NCBI RefSeq assembly: GCF_947568905.1
Contig: NC_079165.1
Coordinates: 41,478,001 to 41,542,000 of the forward strand
From: Ostrea edulis
Lineage: Eukaryota
Length of the DNA stretch: 64,000 nucleotides
Direction of reading: 5' to 3'
Below, piece by piece: positions 1 to 11,400 of this stretch; position 1 is the stretch's first letter, and each line of letters begins with the position of its first letter. Position numbers and translations under genes: made by a program. The notes below the pieces were generated by a model. That model did not search any database. It was not told the DNA's origin and worked only from the letters and a program-made list of their open reading frames with translations.

Positions 1-674
1 AGTAAGTAAAGGGAATTTTTTGGGGGGACTATCAGAATCACCTATTAGGACCTGGGTTTATTTTGTGAATGAAAGGATCATTTTTCCAACAAACCCCCCC
101 CCCCCCCCCCCCCCCACCACAAACCCTGCAAGATGGAAAATACATGTATTTTGAGAGAAAATTACCATGTACAGTTGCATCACAAATAATAAGGATACAT
201 GTATTTGCATAACAGACTATATCTGGTATGAACCTCATAAAAATGTGAAAACTGAAGTGAAACCTTTCAGATTTATTTAAAAATATATTTTTTAAATTAA
301 TCCTTTTTTGACAAATTAACAGTTCTGCATCATTAAAGAAATCTTGTAATTGATAGTCAGCTGTCCATTAACTTTCTTAGACTGAAAACATAAATTTAAG
401 TGCAATGTGCTTGTTTAAACACTTAAAAGTTTAATGTCTTATGTTTATCCTGCTGATGATACACTACAGTATGCAGATAAAATACACATTTATAGCTCAT
501 ATCTATACATTACAGTTAGAAGCATTATTTTGACAGTGTCATTGTAATACATGTTTCTACATGCTTGTCAGTCTACAAGTTGGAATAGCCATTGATGGTA
601 CATTCCAATGTAACTGGTGAGGTCAGCATTGAGACGTCAATGTTTATACATGTATAGTTTATAGTTTGTTATCA

Positions 675-1215
675 TGAATTTACGAAAGCTGATTAGGATC
701 AATTAAAAAAAAAACAAAAAATATTTTTAAAGGCATAATCATGCAAATCAAAGGTGTTATAACACAAATGAAGGGCGTAATAATGCAAAATAAATAATAT
801 AATATTCAACGTACACTGTTTATATATTTTTTATTTGTATTATTACGCCTTCCTCTCACGTTTTAACACATTTTGAATCTGCGTCAATACGCCTTTGTAT
901 CACATTAATATGCCTTTAATTTGCATAAATATGCCTTTCTCTTGTGTTATTAAGCCTTTAATTCATGGTATTACGCTTTTCTTTCACGTTATTACGCCTT
1001 TCTTTCTCATCATTTTGCCTTTCATTCACATTATTACGCTTTTATTTCACGTTATTACGCCTTTCTTTCTCATCATTTTGCCTTTCATTCACATTATTAC
1101 GCTTTTATTTCACGTTACTACACCTTTCTTTTGCACCATAATGCTTTTGTTATGCATTATTACACCTTTAAATTTCTTTTTTTCTTTTTTAAGTGATCAG
1201 CTTTTGTATGAATTG
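675..1215. mobile_element. Foldback-type MITE with modular imperfect inverted arms
   Basis: Left gaatttacgaaagctgat..gatcaattaaaaaa..aaaggcataat is mirrored by attacacctttaaa..ttttttaagtgatcagcttttgtatgaatt. The right arm has an exact 63-bp duplication that creates the spurious ORF 895-1314. Confidence 0.6.
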
Positions 1216-1689
1216 TTTCCAAGTAAACCACAACTTATATTTAGGGTTTTTCACAGCAAAATCATGTTGCTATGTAATTATTACCTTAGTTTGAAAAACA
1301 CAGAGCAACTTTGAGAACAAAATCAATATTTCTACCAATGACATCACATATATATCTGAAAGATTATACATGTGTAGTAACATCATGCATCTTGTTCACA
1401 ATGTCGCTCTATAGTTTGGAAAAGAAAACTCAATGAAATTGTGCATTTTTTGTTAGAATTTCAAATATCCAAACAATGTTAAATGACATTATATCTCTTA
1501 TATCATTACCAACAATTTTCTAATAATAGCACATAAGAAATTGTGCACACACCCTTCTTCAAAATAAAGTCATTCTAAAGGGTCAAATTGGTACACATTG
1601 TTTTATAGGTCTTTGAGTTCCAAATGTTGTGTGAAATTGACAAACCCTGTATATTATACATGCACTGTTAGGAAGGGCTGAAATCTTAC

Positions 1690-4600
1690 CATTGATGGGG
1701 ATATTCTGTGATATTGACAGCTGTGTGTCCCCGGTTCCTGGAGGCATATCTATTACAAGATAGTCCAAGGGACCCCAAGCCACCTGTTACATGGAAATGA
1801 AATACTGTACACTATATTGTTCTCGTGTAAATTTTGTGATAGTACATGTAACACACAATAGATCTATTTGTAAATTCTTAGAAACAGAGAATCAAAGGAA
1901 TCAAAAATATTCTCAAAATTGATTACATTTATCAAGGTTCTTTCCATGTTTGAAGTCAGCAAAATACAAATTATTCATGTAATTTTTACAAGAATAAAGA
2001 AGGGAAGACACAATACGTACTTGCCTAAGTAATCTTTGTATGGCAGACATCACCATTAACCCTCTCCATACTATGGGGGCATTCTCCTCCACAAGAAATC
2101 CCATAGACATGCTAGAAAAAGTAACTGTTTTTGTACAATTCAGCAATTTATATTTCATAAGTCTTTAAAAATTAAAATCATAGATATTAATAATAAATCA
2201 AAAAACATTATTATGTATACCTACCATTTTATCCCATAATTTTGTAGTGGTACCATTAAATTTTCTGCAATAAAATATAGAAAAAAAATTACCTTTAAAT
2301 ATTCAATATATACATGTACTTGCAAAGTTTTGGTTCAGTGTCAGGTGAAAGAAACCACATTTTCAAACAAGAGGCTCACATTAAGCATGTTAAGTATTCA
2401 CAGCTATTGATTCAAGAACGAAATCTTTTTTGAAACATTTTAGCCAAGATGCAACACCTTGAAAAGGACTGAACCAATCAGGAGCCAGCTAACAATCATT
2501 CTCCCAACATCAGGGGTCCCTAGCCCACTCGGGTCCATCCCACAGACATAAGTAGACTCAGAACACCTAACTTTGTGAGGATGGCTAACAACTGACCTAT
2601 AGTGGGTATGTTGGAATATACTTTAAAAGTAAAATGGATCATGTCTAATAAAAACATGCTCTTTGAGATAAATTCTGTGTTGGATGAGACAGAATGTTTG
2701 GATAGCACAGCATAAAGATCAAGGAAAAAGATACACGTACATGAATAGGGAATTGAAATAGAGTTGTAATTCACAGTGGAATGGAATATACAGTTGTTGG
2801 ATTAGACAAGTTCGACTGTAACAACATTTCTGCAGGTCCATGAGGATTTTCAAACGCAACAGCAGAAAATTTGATAAAATGTAGGCATGCCAATTATTGT
2901 TCTTTTTTATACCCATCATGACTTGCATTTTAATTGACTAGTATGTAATCTGAGGAAATCGAGACCATCTACGGTTGAAAATATAGCAGAATCTAACTAT
3001 AACAGTGATATACCTAGATTATAGTAGAATTTACGTTCCCCCCAACCTGATTAGGGTGATTGAAAAACAGACCATGTTGGATTCATATTGTCAATATACT
3101 GAACATTATTCACAAGCCTATGTTTGGTCCACAGCTTAGCAAACGTTGATTGGCAAAAATTAGTATCCTTTCTCAAATTTACTGTGAAACAAGTGCAGAT
3201 ACACAAACTGAATTTTCAGACATGATCCATGAGAATGACATTGACTACTGTATAAATGAATGAGTGAATCAACAGAGTAAATTCCTATTGTATGTAGGAA
3301 TTTACTAGATATTTAAGTCAAATGATATGAAAATACAGAGAGGTATACTATAATCATTAAAAACTATTACTGATTCATTGCATGTTATTAAAAAAAATTA
3401 ATCACCCTATGACCTATATGTAGCTCTTCTTGAGAAATTACATACAATTTCTTATTAACTAAATACACAGACACCTGATGCAGATGCATTGATGGACAAA
3501 CTCACTTTCTCTTTAACTTGTATAAAATGTATTATCTAAGGATTGAAAGTAATACATGTGTCTACACAATCTGACTAAAGTACAGACCTATATTATTATA
3601 TATAATACAAGAGGTACTGTGAGCAATGCTCACTAAGAATACCCCCCGCTTACCCCAATCTCCCAAAGGGTGTTGGTAATAAGTAAAACTTCAGTATTAT
3701 GATCCAAAAGGTATCTAGGAACACAGCATCTCCATGCGATGAAAAAAGCCATTAAAGAATTTAAATGGAAACCATATTGCTACTTCGATGTCCAGTGCGC
3801 GTGACCTTTGACCTTTTGACCCCAAAATTGATAGGGAACATCTTCATCCCATGGGTAGTCCATATGTATGATATGGTGACTGTAGGTGGAAAGGATAACG
3901 CTTTAGTGCTCGGAAACCATATTGCTACTTCGATGTCCAGTGCACTTGAACTTTGACCTTTTGACCCCCAAATCGATAGGGAACATCTTCATCCCATGGG
4001 TAGTCCATATGTATGATATGGTGACTGTAGGTGGAAAGGATAACGCTTTAGAGCCCGGAAACCATATTGCTACTTTGATGTCCAGTGCGCTTGACCTTTG
4101 ACCTTTTGACCCCAAAATCGATAGGGAACATCTTCATCCCATGGGTAGTCCATATGTATGATATGGTGAATGTAGGTGGAAAGGATAACGCTTTAGAGCC
4201 CGGAAACCATATTGCTACTTCGATGTCCAGTGCGCTTGACCTTTGACCTTTTGACCCTAAAATCGATAGGGAACATCTTCATCCCATGGGTAGTCCATAT
4301 GTATGATATGGTGACTGTAGGTGGAAAGGATAACGCTTTAGAGCCCGGAAACCATATTGCTACTTCGATGTCCAGTGCACTTGACCTTTGACCTTTTGAC
4401 CCCAAAATCGATAGGGAACATCTTCATCCCATGGGTAGTCCATATATATGATATGGTGACAGTAGGTGGAAAGGATAATGCTTTAGAGCCCGGAAACCAT
4501 TGCGTCTACAGACGGACGGACGGACACACAGATGGACAACCCGATTCCAGTATACCCCCCCCACAACTTGTTGCGGGGGGTATAAATATAGGTCTGTACT

Positions 4601-7600
4601 TTAGTCATAATATAGGTCTGTACTTTAGTCAGATTGTGTGTCTACACATTTCATATGATGAAAAGTAAGTTGGAGCAATTTAATATGCATTTCAAACTGC
4701 TGTAACAAAATGGAAATAGAGGAGCCAAACCTATTGTGACTTTATTCCCAAGATTTCACATCAATTACTGTATACAATATAAAAAATGTTGTTAAAAGTA
4801 ATTTGCACCAGTGAAATTGTGTTATAAATCTAAAATTAAATCACATGTCAATAATACAAGTAGCAGTAGTTCACCTACGTTTATTTAATTCTGGTTCTGC
4901 ATTGAGATTCATCATGGTTGGCAGTGAGGGCCCAAACACATCAGCATCAAGTAACCCAACTCGACTGGACTGGCAATAGAAAAGTGCTATAGTACTACAA
5001 AGATATATGGATCAAATAACACTGCACTGTCTGGTAGTAAAGAAGTAACAAAAAGAATCAGACTATTTGTAACTTAGGAATTTTACTTGAACATTGAAGA
5101 CAAATGAAAGCATGATTAGGAAGACGGGTGCCTTTATTCCTGTTTAAATACTTAACTCAGAGCTAATTACGATTTTATGTCAATACCAAATTGTGGTAAA
5201 ATGATTGGAAGAGACAAGATGAAATCTTACCTCATCATTTGCAGCCAGTCCAAGAGCAAGATTCACTGGAAAATTATTATGAATAATTCAGAACTACTAT
5301 AAAATGTGTAAATTCTTAGCTCTATAACAGCCATTTATTTTTTAAACTAAAATATTGACCAGCAAACTAAAGAAAACAGGAGAACTCAAGTCTACACGGT
5401 CTGTAATGTTGGTTTCCTATTCCTGTTAGTAAGCTGTTACATTTGGTGATGTAGACCAGACCCCAGAACAAACAAGTAAAAATGCCTGCTAGAGGATTCT
5501 GGCTCTAGAGTATGAAGACAGTCAAGGAATACTAGTACGTAGTTTACACAGATTTAATCATTTCTCTTAGTAAAGCACTTGTCTGGAGATTCAAGGGATC
5601 CGGGTTCAAATCTTAGTCTGGTACACTGCATTTTTTCCCCTTCTTGTTACAACTTAATGCAAGTGACCTGTAACTTTTTAATTAAATGAACTCAAACTGA
5701 AGAGTTCTGATAATTTTATCTGTGCAAGTCAAGGGTTTCCAGTCCCCTCAGCTCCCCACAAACAGGAGCAGAGTGGACCAAAAACCCTTAGCTTGAAGAT
5801 GGAAAATTGTTTGAAATGGTGTACAATATATAATGGCTGTGTTTGTGCCAAAAGTCACTTTAAAACATAATGAAATACCCTTTACAAAACTGATTAATTT
5901 AGATTACAGGCAATTCTTGTCCACAGGACCTCAATAAAACTTTGGGAGTTCTGGGTTTTAGAGAGCACGGAAATCAGCACTTTGATTAACTGATTTTAAT
6001 TTTTACACTAAGCTGATGCAACTGTTTACATTGTGTGAGGGTGGAACTGGTAAAATTTATAATTTTGTTTTCATCAAGTAATATACATGTACTGAATTCT
6101 AAATATTATTTCATCTGAAATATGAATAAAGAAAATGTGTTTATTTATTATTTATTTGTTGCAGCAATGAATACATCTCATAATTAGTATGACACCTTAC
6201 AGTTATCATCTAACTTTTAGGTTTATTGATAATTGCAACCAATCATTTAACAAACCACATCAGGATACCCAATGAAGAGTCATTGCTGATTTAGCCCTAC
6301 TGTGTTTTCATAACAATGGTGCTACCAGTAGGTCAGTCATAGGTGACTGATTGCCTGTATAAGCAATCAGTACTTTGAGGTTTAAATGATTATCTATAAA
6401 CTAGACTTCAGTTTTATTTTGAGAAATCGAAGAGTTTGAGAAAACGAGAGTAAGTCAGAAAATAGGTTTTTTTTCATAAGGATAAAAATCTGAACCATCA
6501 GATTACTTTGAGAGATTAAAAACTTCGAGAAATCGGAAGTTGAGTCCTCAAAAATCATATGCATTCAAAAAGCTCAGGTTCAGGTTTGTAAATAGAATGA
6601 ATAGACAAACAATCATATTTTATATAATTATTATCAAGTCAAATATATTTTCTTTCATAGTTTAGTAAGCATACCTGCAGTTGTTGATTTTCCAACTCCA
6701 CCTTTTCCGGAAGCAACAACAATGACCTTTTCAACACCTGCAATTGGAATTTTTTTGGGCAGCCCCTTCGCCATTTTCTGTTGTTGTCCATTTGCACTTC
6801 TTGAAAAAGTCTACAGTGCAAAGAACGATTTTGTAAATATTTCTATACGACTTATGATATATTAATCATAATATTAATTGAGTGTAATTTCGTTAGACCT
6901 ATATCACCTCACGACACTAGTAGTAGCAGCACCAGCTTTTGTGCCTGCCATTCTACATGCGACCCCTTCTCAAGCAAGAATACGCGTACTGCCTCTATCA
7001 ATGATGTGTTGTCAAGATCAACAGTTCTGGTGGCCCAATAAACGAAAAATGCGACAAGAAATGTCTGTTGCAGGAATTTTGGTCATATCAATAAAATTAA
7101 TAATAATTTCAAATCAAATCAAATGATTTAAATAAATCAATTGATATATTTTTTTATTCTAATATTTCTAAACGATGGATTCAGTTGACAGATTTTACCC
7201 TAGCCACTCAAAAGTAAATAACATTTGTCTTGATTTAGGTCATGCCTACTTTTGCAGTAGCTGTACGGTCACAAAATGGGTCTTGAAATTTGAGGTCAGG
7301 TTCTGCCTGGTAATGGCCACCATCATCTGGTTGATTATTCTGCCACTGAGCGAGCGAAAGTAAAAAATTTAAAAATAAAACTGTATGTTTCAAAATTTTT
7401 GTTTGGACACCTGCTTTCAGGTGTTTTGAGAGACACAATTCCTGGTGGTAATGTGTTCCACTCCCTGGTGGTACATGGAAAAAAATGAGAATTTTTGATA
7501 GGAAGTATTGTTTGATAGAAGTTGGAAGGCAAAATGGTGAGGATGCCTGGTCTAAGATGGTATAAGTCTATTGCTCTTGTTGGTGACATTGTCCACAAAT

Positions 7601-8105
7601 TCAAGAAGTTGATCTCAGACTCACAGGAGTGTCTGCTTCGACAGCCATGTTGAAGCGGATACAGGATGTTGCTGTTATCAGTATGTTTCCTAATGTGGCT
7701 TGTGACAACATGTAAAGGTAAGCAACATAGGGCGATAGTTCTCTGCTTACATAACGAGTACAGCATGATCACTACACATACAAAACAATAAATAGCATTA
7801 TAGTTCAATAACGTGCTGTATATTATATCAGTACAGGATTACTAGGCTTATACCAACGAACCTAAAAATAACTAAAGTCAGCAGAGAGAATTACCTGTAC
7901 TAGCCTAACTAGGCCTACAAGCTACAGTACACATACCATTGAACTCGGAACATATAAAACAAAACTCTGATTCAATGCTCCATATCACTTTCTGAAAACA
8001 TCTGATTAAATAATTTCATGAAATCTATAACAATTTGCTTACAAGTTGGTATGCATTCCCAAAAACTCTTTCTCCAAACTTTCGAAAAGTTTTGTTTACT
8101 TTCAT
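1690..8105 (-). CDS. NUBPL: Iron-sulfur cluster transfer protein NUBPL (Ind1, Mrp/NBP35 P-loop ATPase), 5' part; the 3' exons lie left of the window
   Basis: Hand-spliced GT-AG exons with consistent phases: 8105-8043 ([21 protein letters not shown]), 6810-6675 (..[31 protein letters not shown], deviant Walker A), 5265-5231 ([12 protein letters not shown]), 4969-4879 ([19 protein letters not shown]), 2264-2225 ([13 protein letters not shown]), 2111-2021 ([30 protein letters not shown]), 1783-1690 ([30 protein letters not shown]). No GAVIVxTPQ exon found in 1-1689. Confidence 0.95.
3607..4585. mobile_element. HINE (Helentron-associated interspersed element, pearl/CvA-like) with five internal 145-bp tandem repeats
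   Basis: ggaaaccat anchors at 3767, 3912, 4057, 4202, 4347, 4492 (exact 145 spacing). A (GACG)n tract follows, then the terminal hairpin tatacccccc(cc)acaac-tt-gttgcggggggtata. Confidence 0.85.
5430..5651 (+). mobile_element. Older, truncated copy of the same tRNA-LTR TRIM family
   Basis: gttaca-tttggtgatgtagaccagaccc..aaaatgcctgctagaggatt internal region, followed by a degenerate tRNA-like LTR ending ctggtacactgcattttttccccttcttgttaca. Collinear with 9252-9604. Confidence 0.65.
7430..7745 (-). mobile_element. CR1-group LINE remnant with an internal deletion
   Basis: [31 protein letters not shown] (RT start; LQHGFR motif) is joined within ~250 bp to [16 protein letters not shown] (ORF2 C-terminal SFFPRT..WN.LP motif). 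Confidence 0.75.
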
Positions 8106-8421
8106 TTTCCCTGTATCAAATAATTGATCATTCGTTCTTAGTTAATTCGGAAAGATTAAAAAACATGAATTTGATATATTCTAAAATAAAATGATTGTTC
8201 TCATAAAATTTTGAAGATATGATATATTTTTTAAAATGAATGAATATATTCATTTCGCACAAAATTACGCGTTTGTTTCATTTTTGGAAAATTCTTAAAG
8301 AAGCAATCATTGGTCAAATTGTCTAGTAATTGCAGACCGGATATTTTTTATTTGAAACCGAAAGTCGCATGTAGAAAGGAAACAAACTGCCTCTTCTTGA
8401 ATTTATCAAGTGTAAACAGTA
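8106..8421. promoter_or_regulatory. Putative bidirectional promoter shared by NUBPL and TRMT10B
   Basis: Divergent start codons at 8105 (minus) and 8422 (plus) are ~316 bp apart. The interval contains ATTGG (reverse CCAAT) near 8310 and GAAACCGAAAGT at 8354-8365. Confidence 0.65.
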
Positions 8422-11400
8422 ATGTGTGACACGCTAGAAGGTGAAATACAGATGAAATATAAGGCAATGTTCATAGATGACACTATAGCTATCAAAGACG
8501 ACAATTTAGCAACTCTCGATATTCCGTCTGAGCAGGAATTTGAGGAAACGACAAACGATATCGACTCTGGTGCTACAGGATTGAAGACATTGCCGGTATC
8601 TATCAAGTGAACTCCAGCATAATATTTTGATTTAGCTTTGTTGATTGATAAAGTTTTTTTTAGCTTTATCAAGATATGTCATGTAGCTTTATTTAGCCAT
8701 TTCTTTTTTAAAGAATTTGCAATTTCTTAAATGTCATACGTGTGTATAAAGAAGGAGTGTCAATTCAACTCTTGGGAAATGAGAGAGAGAGAGATGCAAT
8801 AAATAATGTAATATGCAAATATGATTGAATTTTAAACAACATCAAGTTCTAACTATTTCTTTTTTGTTATATTAATGATTAAAATAATGACAGTCAGTTT
8901 TCGTGGTGGAGAGATTGAGGTTCATTGTTCAATTGTCTTTTTATCCCATAGAACCCCAAGAATACCCTATGAAATCCCAGATATATCCCAAAGAACTCAA
9001 TAAAATAAATGTTATTCGATTTAGATTTATAGAGGTGTTGTTCACAAGGTTGGAGGAAGGTGTTCACCCCCAATCCTCCTTTTTTTTGCAGGGGTGGATC
9101 TAGGAATGGCAGTTAGTGGGGCGCAACTTCATATAAGACACAGGGTCTGGGTGCTGCCTTGAGGCCCCCAGTTTTAAATTGTCTTTGTCGTGCGAATAAC
9201 TGGTGCAATTAGCACGACCGTCGTGCGGATAGCCTCGGTCATAAATAAATGTGTAACAGGAAGGGAAAAAAATGCAACGGACCAGACCAGGATTCCAACC
9301 CGGGCCCCCTGAATCTCAAGTCTAATGTTCTACCAAATGAGCTATCTGGCCACCGGCGATCGAACCTGGCTGACTGCTATATTCCTCCCTCCTTAAATAT
9401 CTTCACACTTGAAGACATCAACCCAGGATCTTAATCCCCTGGCAGGCATTTTCACCTGTCAATACCAGGGGCTGGTCTAACAAGAAAGGAGAAAATGCAA
9501 TGGACCAGACCGTGATCCGAACCCGGGCCCCCTGAATCTCTAGTTAGGTGCTCTACCAACTGAGCTCTCTGGCCACCAGCGATCGAACCAGGCTGACCGC
9601 TACAAATGCAAAGATGTCGCATTTTGAAAAGTTACAAAATAATTGCTGTCTTCAACCAATAAGAAATTTCATGTATTTTGAATAGAAAATATTTTTTTGT
9701 CTTCAAATATCTTTTCAGAGTTTGCAGTCATAGGATTTTTTGTTTGTTTTGGTTTGACTCTTGATAGTATGGTAGATAGTTATAGTTTATCACCCACTAA
9801 TGGGATTACAATATTATAACATAATTATATGCACTAGTATGTAATATATACATCTGTATACTTGTATAGTTCATTATTATACATGTATTATTGAATAATC
9901 ATGAGCATTCCCAATGCTAAAAAGCAGGCATTCTTCCCAATTTTTTGCTTTGAAATTTCCAAACAATGAAAATAAATCAAGCAGGGTAGCCTAATTGTTC
10001 ATAAATCTCCTTTACAGGCCCACAAATTTCAATTTCTGCTTCAAAATTGTTAAGTAAACCTAATTTTTTGGCCTCTGCTTATTTGAATGAGTCAAGCTTT
10101 GACCAAATTGAAAGTCAGAAGGAGTCCAATTATACCTTAATGCACTTTTGATTGGTTTTCTCTCTTCTTCTTTGTATGAAACATTTTTCCCAATTTCAAG
10201 CAAATGTGACTATTTTTCCAAATTGGAAAGGCCCAGGCATTTCAAATCAAGACCTTAAAAAAACACCTGCAGGTATAATTTCATAGAATCTAGTAGCAAT
10301 TTAAGTTTTGATATTATAAATTATTCAATCATATATGAATAAAACTGTTACTGACATTTTCTTGGACAATACAATGCTTTAGCTTCCCTAGAAGTACAAT
10401 ATTCACCACATTGTTCAGGCTCTGAGTGAATATTATACTTTTTGAGTATAGCTATAGTATTGTATTGACGAAGAAAATATCAATAATTGTATGATATACA
10501 GAACTGACCTTATTTTACTTCTTAACAGTGTTTATGCAAAGTTTTAAAGCTATTAATTTGACAATTCTCATGTCAGATCTGTTTCAGTAGTATGTAATCC
10601 ATGCGGAAACCTAGGGTGGTGACTAGTTTCAGTATTGCGGAAACATTGCAGAAACCTTAGCTTTCAGCAAGTTTCTGCTGCGTAAATCACATGGAATCGG
10701 GGACAGCCTAGGTTTGCACACTCCGTAAACCCTTGTAAACTTGAAGTTTTCAAACTAAAATCTTGCACAAACCATTTGTTTTCTTCAGTTTCTGCACCAT
10801 GGAAACCATGGTTTTTATGCACTGAGAATATTTAGCATTTATATAAGAAAAAGCATGTATTTAAATATATAAGATATGTATATCAGCACATGTAAATAAA
10901 TACCAAATGGCATCTGAAACATTTTGTTGTATTTGTAAGCATTCACTTAAAATCATGATAATGTCACTAAAGTATTAATAACGTCACTTAATAACGTGAA
11001 TAGAATGAAATGTCAATTGTATACAAAGTACAAGAAAGTGCAATATATACATGCATGCTCTTGACAGATGAGTTATGGGCATGGAAAACATTTTCTTAAA
11101 AAGAAAAAAAAACATGTTACAAAACTTTTAATAATCAAATTCCACACAGAAATAAAGAAAGCTGTATTCTTTACATTTAATAATCAGATCAATTTGTCAC
11201 TTATATCTAGATGGTTGAAATTTATGTGATAGGTACTAGTCCATGCGAGAACCTCAAAGTGACTTTTTATATGGTTGAAATAAAATGTTCATTTATATCA
11301 AAATAGTTTGACATAGTTATTGTTATAGCTGTGCAACATATAATTTATCTTCTTAAAGTTATACACTATCTTACTGTGTGTTTTTATACACTATACAATT

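Noticed and set aside
895-1314. 139-aa hydrophobic ORF as a membrane protein
   Set aside because: It is produced by the modular repeats and 63-bp duplication of a foldback element.
3765-4668. Overlapping ORFs MGSKGQRSS.. and METILLL..
   Set aside because: They are translations of the 145-bp HINE repeats.
9252-9604. Two tRNA genes
   Set aside because: The anticodon arms are non-canonical, and the tRNA-like bodies sit inside paired LTRs with a PPT and TSD.
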